A stretch of DNA of 64,000 bases from Moniliella sp. 'wahieum' (lineage: Eukaryota): NCBI GenBank assembly GCA_003971905.1, contig RSEE01000010.1, positions 310,001 through 374,000 on the forward strand, read 5' to 3'. The translations under genes were made by a program, and so were the position numbers. Positions 36,796-48,949 of this stretch are shown here, in pieces. Each line of letters opens with the position of its first letter. Positions within the stretch are counted from its first letter, which is position 1. Below the pieces are notes generated by a model that saw only the letters and a list, made by a program, of their open reading frames with translations, ran no database searches and had not been told where the DNA came from.

Positions 36796-38074
36796 TCAAA
36801 AGGCCGTGTCACCAAAGGATCGGGCGACTTCAGTACGAGCATGATCTTGCGCTACCTCCATCCAGCGTTTGGCGAATCCAGTCGGATTGTGTGGCTGCTC
36901 AACAGCAAGCCGGACCCCAATAATGTCAAGAGACGAAAGGGATAGTGAACGGCGGTGGTTTTTGTTGTCATTGTCGTTGTCATTGTTATTGTGATTGCTC
37001 TTGCACATTCCACTACTGCAGATGGACACAATGACGACAATGATGATGATGATGACTAGGACCACACCAATGCTAAAAGCAGGTCAGCTTTTTCATACCG
37101 AGAAGAATTTGAGATACTCACATGAAGCACTTCTTGCGCTTTTTGCGGGCGCTGCGAGCCGAGGTGACTGCCCTAGTTGTATGATCATGCCCAGTCTCCA
37201 TGTTCTGATATGTGCTCTGGGCGTTGGAGGTGATCATGTCCACTTGCTCATCCTGTTCCGACAGCAGTACATCCACATCGTTGAACAGCTGTGCCAGCTC
37301 AGCCATGGTCTCTTCAATCTTGCGAATTTCGGCATGGCGATCTTGTACTTGCTGCAATACATTGGTAGCCTCGCCATGACGGTTGCTGCTCATGAGGGCC
37401 TGGGAAAAGAGGGCACCGTTGCCCTCGAGAGCAGCTTCCACTTCTTCTGTGCTAGCATCGGGCTTGATCACACGGAATTGGCGCTCAGCCCGCGCACGAA
37501 GCTTGCCTCGGTACGAAGACTCGAGTTCAGTGTAGCGCTGCACATGGCTCTTGAATTTGGTCCGCAGCGCCGCTACCTGACTCTCTTGAGTTTGGCGATC
37601 GCGCCCATCGGGAAGCCGGTTGGCTTTGGTGGCCAAAACTTGGATCTTGTTTTTGGTCGCATTTGAGAGTTGGCGTGCAGAGGAGGCGGCGGCATCAACA
37701 TCCTCTTGCGCCATGCGTTGCGAGTCATCGTCCAAGTTGGCCAGGCTGTCGTCCTGAGCGCGTTGCACGCGGGCTATCGCATCGTCCATGGCCGACAGAG
37801 CATTCTGCACCTCGGTCACTTCATCCCAGAAGGATCGGGTCTGGCCTTCTGACTTGAAAGAAGTGAGTTCATACGTATTCTCCCCAGGGGCTGAGAGAGA
37901 AATGCGCGACTCGTACTTGGCGTCATCGTCAGTAGGGGCATATCCGTAGCCGCCGTAGCCATAGGAGGATGGGTCCTCGTGGTAGCCGTCGTCACCAATG
38001 GGCGCGTAGTCCGACTGGGTGTATCCGACGCCACTTTGGCCATGGCGGATGCCGGCCAGACGGTCGCGTGCCAT
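36796..38074 (-). CDS. SSO1: Plasma-membrane syntaxin (Qa-SNARE, Sso1/2-like)
   Basis: MARDRLA N-peptide, Habc region, RQFRVIKPDAS.EEV, SNARE motif VQDRHAEIRKIEETMAELAQLF..EQDEQV, ARSARKKRKKCF, intron 37073-37121, then an Ile/Val-rich TMD. Confidence 0.9.
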
Positions 38075-39723
38075 GGTGGATGGTTGGTGGTCTGCGAAAC
38101 GCGCACGCTTGAGATGGGGTGGTGGCAAGCGAGGAGTGCGGCGCCGTCTCTTTTGGGTCTTGTTGCGCATTGCGCCACAGCCGCAGCGCGATGCCCGCAC
38201 CGAAGCGAGCCATAAGCACCGCATTTGCCCTGTGGCAGGCGCAGTGCCCCGGCTGCCCCGCACCGCCGCATCCTCCTCCATCCGTGCGAGAGGCGGGGCG
38301 TCCGCAGCGGAGCAGTGTGGCTGTGGCCTCTCGTTGCCGCGTATCCGGCGACGCTTAGCCCCAGGAGTCCAGCGTCCATCGACCAGGATTGCATCTATGC
38401 GTCATGCGTCATGCATCATGGACCACAACTCAGTCGCCCGCAAAAGGTGTATATAAAGCACGCATCATGCGTGGGATCCAAGATCTAAGTCTCTGAGAGG
38501 CCTGCGTCGGGGATCCGGTGACCCACCATGCATCAGTGCATCACCCATGTCGCTGTGGGCGACGGTACCATCACCGTAACCCGTCACCAGCCTTACTGGA
38601 TAAACTACCAGAAGCCCATCCTAGTCGCGCACACCTCTGCAGGGGGCGAAGAGGAGGAAGGTGTGGCGTTTTGATGGCAGAACTGATGGATTAAGCGAAA
38701 CTTATTGTAGCACTGAGTACTGAATGAAAGTGGGGTAGTCTCAGCACAACTCTTCTTTTCATTCATCTCAATCCCCTCTCAATCTCAAGTGACGTTCAAC
38801 TGAGCGTTCAACAAGTTCAATGTTCAACTTGAACTCGCAACTACATCTCCCTCCGACAAACATACCGCATTGTTTGTCCATTTGTTTACGTCGGAGACCT
38901 TTCGCTTGAAACCTTCCACGTAGAAGAAGGACTACAAGGCATCGTGCTCCAGTAAAAGGTGACGAGGTGCCACAGTGATGACATGCCAGACATGTCAGGC
39001 CTCACAGTCTGAGGACCGAGCCTCAGGGCCTCAGGGCCTCAGACCTCAGTATGCTATGAAGCTTGAAGAGCATAGAAGAAGGGGATCGGAGAGATCCGAG
39101 TGTGGCTGACACGCTGAAGGGTGGAACGCGCCCATGTCACAGTGCCACTCAAAAAGCACTCTACTATCTCCGCTGTGCTGTCTACGCGAGAGACTGTGAC
39201 ATGTGGCATGTGAACTGTGAACTCACAGCGCGGGGGCGGAGCGCCTTTAAGCTCTAAGCTTCACGGCCGGGATGCCGTTGGGTCGGAACCAGGCACCAGC
39301 CGTTTTATGCGGCAGGCTGGGCAAACGGACAGATAATGTGCAACTGTCGATAATCGACTCGATAACGGCTGTGCGAGCATCGGCCATCGGGTGGTTGCAG
39401 TCCTTGGCGCGCCCCAAGCGAGGGTGGCGCGGGGAACGCGGGTAGAGGCCCGGCGACTGATAGATCAACATTGCAATTTTTTTGTCGGTTGCCAGCTGCT
39501 GGTCACGATTAACTTTGCTGCGGGGTGGGACGTTGGATGCTGGTCAAGACGGCCTGGACAGCGAGCCTGATATTGATACCTGTACTTACCCATCGACGGA
39601 TAATCCTATTCCAGATCCCAGCCAGCTGCTTCCCCACTCCAGTGTCTCTGCCACCGCCTCCGTAGCAACCACTCTGCCGCCTCGCGGCCCGTCGTGCCGA
39701 CGTGCTCTGGGTGCAGTCCGCCG

Positions 39724-42700
39724 ATGACTGTGTCTTCAAATCGCCCCCTCCCCCCGGCCCGTCCAGATCAGTCCAGCACTGTGGCAGCTGGACGTTCCCG
39801 GCGTGGCCGCGGCCGCAAGCCCGGCTTGGGTGCGAGCACGCACATCCCCCGCCCAACTCTTTCCTCTCAGCCTTTTCAGCTTGACGATGACGATGACAGC
39901 GACGGAATGGCCGATGCCGATGCCGATGTCGAGGCTGGGGCCAAGCGCAAACGCAGCAAGGTTGGCCGCGCTTGTCTGCCTTGCCGCCGCAAAAAGGCCA
40001 AATGCGACAGCGATGGAAAGGCACCATGTCACCGCTGCCTAGTAGCTGCTGCCAGTTCCCCCGGCGGACAAGACCCCGAGGTGGCTCGGCTCAACGCCAT
40101 AGCTGCGTGTCGCTATGCCGAGATGGAAGATAAAGCTGCTTATTCGCGCCGCTATGTCGAGACGCTCGAGGCTCGCCTTGCGCGAATGGAGCAGTTTGTT
40201 GCGGTCCTGGCCCCAACGTTGAGCACATCTGCCTTATCTATGGCGCGTGAGTTGGGGTTGCTAACCGGTTCGCCTCCCACCTCAACTTCCGCCGCTGCAC
40301 TTCCGTCATCAGCCCAGCCGACTACCGTTCCAAAGCGGTTACAAGCCGACACGAGCGAAAGTGGGAGCGGGAGTGCCACACCGGCCCCTCCTGTATTTGG
40401 TGAAACACAAGGCTTAGCCACCCTTTCTGCTGGCCGTATCCATTTTGACTCTAATCACACTTATTCACGCTACTTGGGACCTTCCTCAAGTGTCACGCTC
40501 GTCATGGACGCTGCCTCAGCCTTGACTGGAGCTGGCGCGTTTGACACAGACGTTCCCGGAGAAGCAGAAGGTACTCGAACTGACTCCAATCTCTTGCCAC
40601 GTCGCCTCTCATCCGGCAACGACTTGGGATTGGTACGAAAGTTGAGTGCCTCGGCGGAGGACCCTGACGCCTATGTTGACGCGATCGATGCATATTTGCT
40701 CTACGCGTTGAGCCCGCTGCATGTCCGACCCCCCCCTCATCGTCCTCAACTCAGATCAGCCAGATCGGATGAGCTTCCTCCCCTGGCTCAGGTCGCAGTG
40801 CATTTCAACTCGGCTGCTGATGCCTTTGCTAACGCGGCAGAAGCGCGAGGCACGCCCGCGACTGATCTCAAAAACTTGCCCAAAAGCCTTGCCGATCGAC
40901 TGTGGGACACGTACATCAACTTTGTGCATCCGCTTTTCCCCATTTTGGATCCTCACGCTCTTCGACGACAGGCCGAAGCGATTTTCTTCGTCGATCAATC
41001 GGGCGCTCATCCTACCAATACGTCACCTCCACAAGATGCACTGGCCACCGACCCCATGCTAGTGGCTAACGTGCTGGCCGTCTTTGCTTGTGCGTCACGT
41101 GTGTTGGGTGCTCATGAGCCACGGGTATGCCCTCCTGTGCCTCCTCAACGCACTTACCCATCTCGGCCCCCCTCCAAAAGCCGTCCAGGCACGTCTCCTC
41201 AGCCATTCTCTGGCGCAGGCACATCCGTCGACCATGAATCGGGCAGAGACTTTCTTTCACCTCACGACATTTCGGCTGCTGGCCCTGTTGCCGATGGCGC
41301 GAGAGGCCAAGTTGATGGCACGTTAGCGGGACTCCATTTCTTTGTGCAAAGTGAACTCTTGTCGCTTCATACACTTAGTGCCGGTCGCATCTCACTGGCA
41401 ATGATACATTGCATTGGACTGCGGGCTTACTACCTCGTCTCATCCAATTGCGCCGCTCGCGCTTGGATCATCATGGGACGTGCCATGCGCTTGGCCCAAG
41501 ATCTGGGATTGCATCGCGATCTGGACTTGACCTCGTCCCAGCCCGCTCCCATCCGAGCCAAGGAGATGTATTGGAGCCTGAGCTGCGCAGACGGACGTGG
41601 TGGTGTGTCTATATGATGGACCGTATCTTATCGGTTTCCCTCGGACGTCCATTTGGAGTGGCGGATGAGAGTGTGGACCAGCAATTGCCCCGGGAGCCTT
41701 TGATCCCATTCAATGGACCCAATGCCCCCTTGCCCCAGGGCAAAGGGAAGAGCAACATGCTCGGGTCGGTCGAGGGGTTTAACGAGATGATCAAAATTTC
41801 TCGTTTGATGGGCCGTGTAGCTCGCAACGCCTTTGTTCGTCAACGGCGCGGCCGCCTTCGGGAGCAACATCAGTCTCACCTCTCGTCCCGCAAGACTCAG
41901 CCTGATGCAAGGCAACCGCCACCCAGCGACCCTGAGCTGGAGGATGGTCGACCAATATCGTCAGCTTCGGGAGAAGAAGAAGGATCGCGGTCCAATTCTG
42001 AGTCAGACATGGAATGGGACCAAGAAAATGGAATGGAAGCCATTCCTCCTCTCCATGACGTACGTGCCCTACACCGTTGGTTTGCCGCAGTGCCCGACCA
42101 GTTCAAACATGCTCAAGCCCAAGTGCGCGTGCAAGAGAAGTCGGAGCCCAATGGTCTTTCGACCCGCGTTGCCGCTTCAGTTGAGGATACTGGGGATGCA
42201 ACAAAACATTACCTCGCCCTCCAGTCATGTGCTGCTTCAGTTATGGTGAGTTTCTTATACCCTGTTGCGGCTGTTGGCCCGGGTAGGACTGACGTTCTGG
42301 TTATTTTGGGTACAGTACCGTCAAACAATGCTTCTCACCCAGCGCTCTCTCATCCAGTCCATCTTATCCGGTTCAGTAGATTATGCGCGCGGCATCAAGG
42401 AACACATCAGTGTCTCGGCCACTACGCTTGAGGAGGAGGAAACTGTTTTGACAGAGTGCCGCAAGACCTCCATGACGCTCATCCGTTCCGCCACCACAAT
42501 TGCCGCCACCCTCGCCGCCTCGCCATATTTGCTCGAATATGGGCAGCAGCTCCTAGTCGCAGGAGGATACCTTGCGCTTACAGCTTGGAGGCGCCACCTG
42601 CTCTCTCTTCAAAAGAACAAGTCGACCTTGCATTTGCCATCAGAAAAACCCGATACCCCTTCTTGTTTTCCTAGCAACGAGACCCCCGCTGCTTTGCTCG

Positions 42701-43520
42701 GCGAGGCGGCGTTGGCTTGTGATGCGCTCCGACGTCTCGAGCTCGCGCTGCCTGCGGCGGCGGTGTTAGGGCGGGTGCTCCACTCGCTTGTGGACAAGCT
42801 GCGGAGAAAACTTGGCTCCGCTTCGGATTTGACTGGGCCACCTGACGAATCGAGGCGGAGCCACATGCCAGCTGAACGCTTGTCTCCCTCCCCTCCAGCG
42901 CCAAAGTCGGTTGGGTCGCCCATGCCCCCTCCCGTCCTTAATCAGGATGAGGTGAGTACAGGGTTGGTGGAGCCTTGGATCCTCTCTCCCAAAGTGAAGG
43001 ATGGAAAGGAAGGAACGAGCGAGCTAAGCGATGGTCTGCAGCCCGATCAATTCGGTCCAAGTGGGTCTCACCCGCCTTGGTTCCAGGACATGGGGCTTAC
43101 AGGCCCCCGTTACCTCCCGCGGCCAGTCACTTGCGCGTGTTGGCCGATGATGCAGGCGTGGGACTTCAGTTGGCTCCGTATGGCCTGCAAACGTGGAACC
43201 AAATGGTGCAAGATTCGTTGGGGTCAGTAAGCTTGTTCCCTTCCTCTTCAGCTCAGTTGGACGGAAATGGGGCGTCGCTCGGCTTGGGAGGCATTACCAG
43301 TGCCAGTTTGCTTCCCATGCTCTCGCCGTACGAGTGGGAGATGGGCAATGTGACACCACCGGTACCGCTGCCTTCTCAGGAGCATTCACTTAACCAAAGT
43401 CAAGCCAACGACCGCTTTGCTTCATCCAACACCTCGACTGAACTGAGAAGACAAGCGGAGCTTTCCATCGCGACTGGAATGAGGCCAGTGGATGATCTGG
43501 GCCGCTATCGCTTCTTTTGA
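39724..43520 (+). CDS. Zn(II)2Cys6 transcription factor with fungal-specific TF (middle homology) domain
   Basis: RACLPCRRKKAKCD..PCHRC..C, YVETLEARLARME, YLGPSS, FVHPLFPIL, GRAMRLAQDLGLHR, ELRRRTWWCVYMMDR..SVSLGRP. Intron 42246-42315. Frame breaks near 41565 and about 43080. Confidence 0.92.
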
Positions 43521-43549
43521 TTGCGCCGTCGGATTGGCTTGTGGATAGC

Positions 43550-43601
43550 TGTGTACTATGTACTGTGTACTATGTACTGTGTACTGTGTACTGTGTACTG
43601 T
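43550..43601. repeat. 7-mer microsatellite (T[G/A]TGTAC) x ~7
   Basis: TGTGTACTATGTACTGTGTACTATGTACTGTGTACTGTGTACTGTGTAC between convergent 3' ends. Confidence 0.92.
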
Positions 43602-43984
43602 GAATGTACGTTTGCAAGATATTGAGCATGCGACCTAGAGAGGCAAATGGCATAGACCACACAGGAGATGAGAGAGCACCACAAGTTAAACACAGAAGCG
43701 AGAAAGAAGAAATGGGTGAGAAAGGAAAGGGGAGAGTAAAATGGAAAGGGATGAACTTGTGGAAGAGAAGGTAGAAAGAGAAACAGGCAAGAAAGGCGCA
43801 AGAACCGTTGCAATGAACGGTATGAACAACCCAGATTCCAGGGTAAGAGATGATCGCTGAGGCACAGTTGCAATGACGTCCCAAAATGAGCCGGAAGGGA
43901 AGGGGCATGAGGCTAATTGGGCGGGGGGAGGGGGGTCTAGAGGAGATGGGCGAAAAGGCCAAAAACGTGCACGGATGTAAGGGA

Positions 43985-46137
43985 TCAAGCCTGCTTCTCG
44001 AGATCCACATTGGCAGCTGCTGGTCCCTTCGTGGTATCTGGCAAGGCAAACTGGACATCTGCATTGGCATTTTCTTTCGCCATCTGAGCCGCTGCAAGAC
44101 GACGTTCACGACGTCGGCGTTGCTCTTCGCGACGGTTGAGTTTGTCGCGCTCTTCGGCAATGAGGCGCGTCAGCTTGGCCTTTTCGGCACGGATGCTCTG
44201 AGCGACCTTGGACCGCTCGCGCAGCGCCGGACCAAAGTGGTATAGCACAAACGGTACCGCCCCCATCAGCGCCGCTACGCCGGCTACGATCGAAGTCGCA
44301 TACTGCGGCTTGAGAGCGTGGTAAAGCCATTGCCCAAAAAGCGGCATCACGCCCCCCGCCACGTTCCGAGCCCAACTCTGTGCCGCCAACGCGGAACTTG
44401 CCCACATTTCATACACATCTGCCATGTATGAAAAGACGCCTAGAGAACAAAGACGAGTGTCAGTGGGGGTGCTCGTGCTGTAGGAAAGAGGTAGGTAAGG
44501 GATACGGGATACGCACCACAGTAGATCAGGTATATACCCATGTTGCAGACAACAAAGCCCACAATTCCACAGGCCGCATGAGTATATGGTTCACTCCATC
44601 CGAACCAGAACAGACCCACAGGGAATAGAATGGCTCCAACACAGGGATAGTACAGTCGTGCCTCGGGGGGAGCGATTCCATTGTTGCGCTTGACGGATCG
44701 GTTGAAGAGGTAATCCTGGTGTAGGCCCAAGATCCATCCAAGCCAAGCGCCCACGCCAAGCGCAAGCAACACCACACAAGACTCGAGCTGGGTAAAGTTG
44801 TGCGCGGCGGCCAATGTGACGGGCACACTGCTCAAACTCATAAACACCGTACCCCACATCAGACCCACATACATCGAAAAGGAGAGACAGACGGGTTCGG
44901 TGGTGAGAAAGAGGAACGGGCGGGTGCTCGATTCCCACATGAGCGTCAGCATCTTGGGCCGCTCATCCTGACCTCGTGCGCGGTAGACCGTGTTGAGACC
45001 CTCTGCTTCGGCCTCCTTGGTCATCCGAGCAGCGCGGCGCATCAGCACCACCGAACCGCGCGTTTCGTCGACAAAGAGGACCATCAAGGTGGTGCATACG
45101 CCGGCCGCCATCATCTGCCACCAAAACATCCAGCGCCATTGACCCAGCGCAAACGCAGCCGAGATGACCGGTGCAATGCCTTGGCCGGTAAATACGCTCA
45201 GCACAAAGCACGACATGGCCGGCCCACGCGAGTTGGCATCAAACAAATCCGATACACTTCCTGCGACCATACTGTTGCCAACCGAACACTGATGTCCCGA
45301 TCTAGGTTAGTCTTCGCAAAACCACAAGAACACAAGGGAACGAAACGCACGGCCAAGCCTTGGAAAAAGCGAGTGATGATGAGAGCCTCAACGTTGTGAG
45401 CCAGCGCTTGAGGCAGAAAAAGAATGCAGTAAAGAAAGCACGAAACACTGTAAATATACTTGCGTCCGAGGTCCTCCGATAATGGCGCAAGCACCATGGG
45501 TCCAAAAGCGACAGCTACAGTCATAACAGGTTAGCAACCGCCTCACTCCCACCCGAAGGAGTATGAAGGAAGGCAAAACACACCAATCATTACCGTAGTC
45601 AAACCCAAAAGGTACACATAAGGAGACACATTGAAATCCTTCTCGATGGCGTGGCCACCAGCTGTGTAGGCTGTTCCATTGGCGCCAGCTAAGAAAGCGT
45701 ACATAAAGCACACCGCTAGCACCACACATTTTTTGTCTGTTGCACGGTAAACGTCAGTATGCAGGTTGCCTCACCACGGGGCGGAGGTTGGACATACACA
45801 AGGGCCAGCACATTGGGTTGTCCTTATCAAACGGCTCGTCGAAATCGATAATGATACGCTTCTTGCCATCGGCACCGACGGTTGTGGTGTTGGTGAGGGT
45901 GGGAGCGAGGGAGGCATTGTCGGCTCCATGGTAATAGGGTGTCTCAAGTGCAGGCGAGGGGACCCGGGTGGCGTCGCCTGATACGGCGAGAGGGTTCTCG
46001 GCCAGCTCCGAGGCAGGCGAGGGCGGGACAAGGGTGTTGAAGTTGGTGGATTGACCCGAGGGAGGCGGGCTGTCGTCCAGTGTATCCTTGGCGGCCGCGG
46101 GGGACGGGGGGCGGCGGAGGCGGGAAAAGAGAGGCAT
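43985..46137 (-). CDS. MFS transporter, DHA1 drug:H+ antiporter family
   Basis: D..NPMCWP, FGPMVLAPLSEDLGRK, IITRFFQG, GSVSDLF, DETRGSVVL, RPFLFLTTEP, PPEARL, Y.ADVYE.WASSALAA. Four short introns at about 45740-45797, 45530-45586, 45274-45349 and 44441-44513. Confidence 0.93.
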
Positions 46138-48949
46138 AGTGGAAGCGACTCGAGGGTAGGGTAGGGTGGGGAGAGGAGGCGGTGAAGGCAGGGGGTGGGG
46201 GGCATGGCACGCGCACCGACGCGCGCAGACGAGGGGAGAGGGGGGGAGGAGGAGGAGGAAGAGGAGGAGAAAAAGGTGGCGGTGGTGGGATGGGAGGAGG
46301 AGGGGGAGGGGGTGGCGGGCCACCAACCAACTAATCCTGCGATACCTTACCGTCCTGGTCGGCTGGAGCGCCGACCCGACGGATGAAAAGAAATCATCGA
46401 TGGCTACATGACTCGTGAAGATGACTATCATCGATCACCGGTGCAGAGTGGGAAAAAACAGGTGTGGGGCCGGTAGTGCAAACTGTAAGCTGCAAATCAC
46501 CCGTGTCACCGGTGAACACCCGAATGGCCCAGAGGCAGAGGATAGCTCGTGTATAGTCACCGGTCACCGGTCACCAGCCACCTGTCGCAAGTCATCGTAA
46601 CGGGGTAAGGCCGGTAACCGACCGGTATAGCCGACAAGCGGCAACCACGTGAGCTGCCCAAGCGCCAACGCTGCCCACAGAAACTGGCTTTTTGTCCGCC
46701 GATATTGGCGGACCTGCAGGTGGGCAGGCGCGGTGTTTGCGTCCTGAGGCCTCGCTTCCTGCCTCGTCCCAAGGCCTTAACCGCTGCCCATCTGAACGTG
46801 AGGTTGAACGTTGGTTGAGGCCCGTGGTGCTGAGGGAGGCCAGCGCGTTATTGCAAGACTAATAAGAGGCAAGACGCCTGTGATTTGATGTGATTAATGA
46901 TTCTGCCGGCGCTGAACGCGTGAACGCACTGAACGTGCGACGTACGAACGTACGTTGAATGTCCCCCGATTGTGATCGATGTGATCTCCCCGTGGGGGTA
47001 CCCGGGCCAACAGGAGGGGCACAGGACCAGCGGGAGGGAGGCACCGTGCCACCACTGCCTCAAACTTTCCCAGCTTCAACGTCTTCAACAGGTTCCAACG
47101 CCTCCAAAGTTCGACCCAACCGCGGCTGCGAGTCACTGTGGAGAAAATGTGGGGGAGCTTTTAGGGCAGAGGGCGAGGGCAGGGGTGAGTGCATGCGAGG
47201 ACATACGGCATACCGGCCATACCAGACACCCGATATGTCAGTGAGATCTGAATCTCAGATCCCATTCCAATGCACCGGCTAATAGGAATCACCTTCTAGT
47301 AAGTTTTGGTACAGTGTGGGTGGCGTGGTGTGGGCTACGCGCTACACGTTATTAGTAAAAACACTTTCGTATCAAAACATGTTATTTTGCCCCGGCTCAC
47401 AGGCTCAGTGCTCGCTCAGTGCTGGATCCATCAGCTGCCGACGGCGTCTGCTCTCGTGCTCCCGGTCGGCTCTGCTTAAGAAATCAACCGTACTGACCGT
47501 TACGCGTTATAGACCCCACGCCCTTCCGGATCCCACTGTAGCCACTTGCCTGCCACTCCTCAGGCGAAAGACCTAAGACCTTGCAGCGCTAATGGGCCTA
47601 ACGCCGGTCGACGTTCCCAAGCGGGCTGTGGCGAGGGAGCACTCGTCGTCACGCGTCAGCGCTCAGCTGGCATATAACTTCTTGCTGGTTACTGTCGCAG
47701 TTTCTGCCGGGGCGCTGCAAGAGGCAAGAGGCAACCGGTAAGTGCCAAGAGCCAAGAGCTAAGATCGAAGAGACGGTCTCCTGCCTTCTCCAGCGCACAA
47801 GCCACTGTGTTGGGCGTGCGTATACGTAGGCTGCTCGGCCGCTGCCTGCTTTGCTGGTTGGTGGATACAGGCGCAGGGCGCAGGGCCCACAACGCTGCAT
47901 GTGGGGGCCGGGGGATCACACAATACATCACACGTTCCACATCACGCGTAACATATAACACCCTACTGGGGCCTTTGCAGCATTGCGTTCAAGCTGAAAC
48001 GTAAAACTGTGCATACCATCAGTGTGATGCGACGCTACACGGCCCTCCCCCTCGTCCTCCGTATCAGTCTACCCGTCTCTCCTCCGATCGCAGAGGGCAG
48101 GCCTTCTGCCTGATCCGCATGGCCCAATCCCCCAGCCACACGAGAAGCACATTACGTGGCACGTCCATCCCTTCCCTGGCGTTAAGCTTAGCTTCATTAG
48201 CTTCATTTCCCTCCCGTTTGCCCATCTGCATCACCGGGGGAAAGGCCGGTTACTATTACTAGCTTTACTAGTCACGGTCACTAGTCACTGGTCACTGGGT
48301 CGCTGGCACCTTTCCCATGGGTCTCATGATCTCATCTATCTCACGATCTCATCATCGATCGAATGGCTGGGTAGGTCTACGTAGGGATGCTTCGCGCTTC
48401 TCCGCGATCCCCTCGTCGTTCCTCCAGCTCGCATGGATTTCCCGCGATATACGATACTTTATCCGCGTACCATTGTGCATGAGGCTCATGAGTCTCAGGC
48501 ATGACGCAGACGCATGAACAAACAACTTGGAGCCTCGCCCTGCCTCGCGACAGCCACAGCCTGGTTTGTATCGACAGTGTCTCGACAGGTCTCAACTCGG
48601 TCTGAGTTCTGAGCCTACTCAGACTCACTCAGACTCAGTGCCCCGCGTGTACCACCTTTACTCACTCAACGAGACAACCCCCCCGCCGCGGTTGTTTATT
48701 GTGGACACCAGCTCCCCCTCGTCCCAACCTCCATCTTCGCCCCGTCCCGCTCTCGGAGTCAGTCCTCCAGCCCTTACTCTAGCTAACCCTTCTCATCCCA
48801 TCCACCGCGCCCACCCGAGTCGGGTTTTGGTGCGTGTGGCTGGCTGGCTGAACGGCTGGCTAGCAATTTCGTACACCTTGTCGACATGTCCAACCGGGGT
48901 ACGACGATAGAATTTCTGGATACCACTATTCCCCACCCACGCGTGCGCA

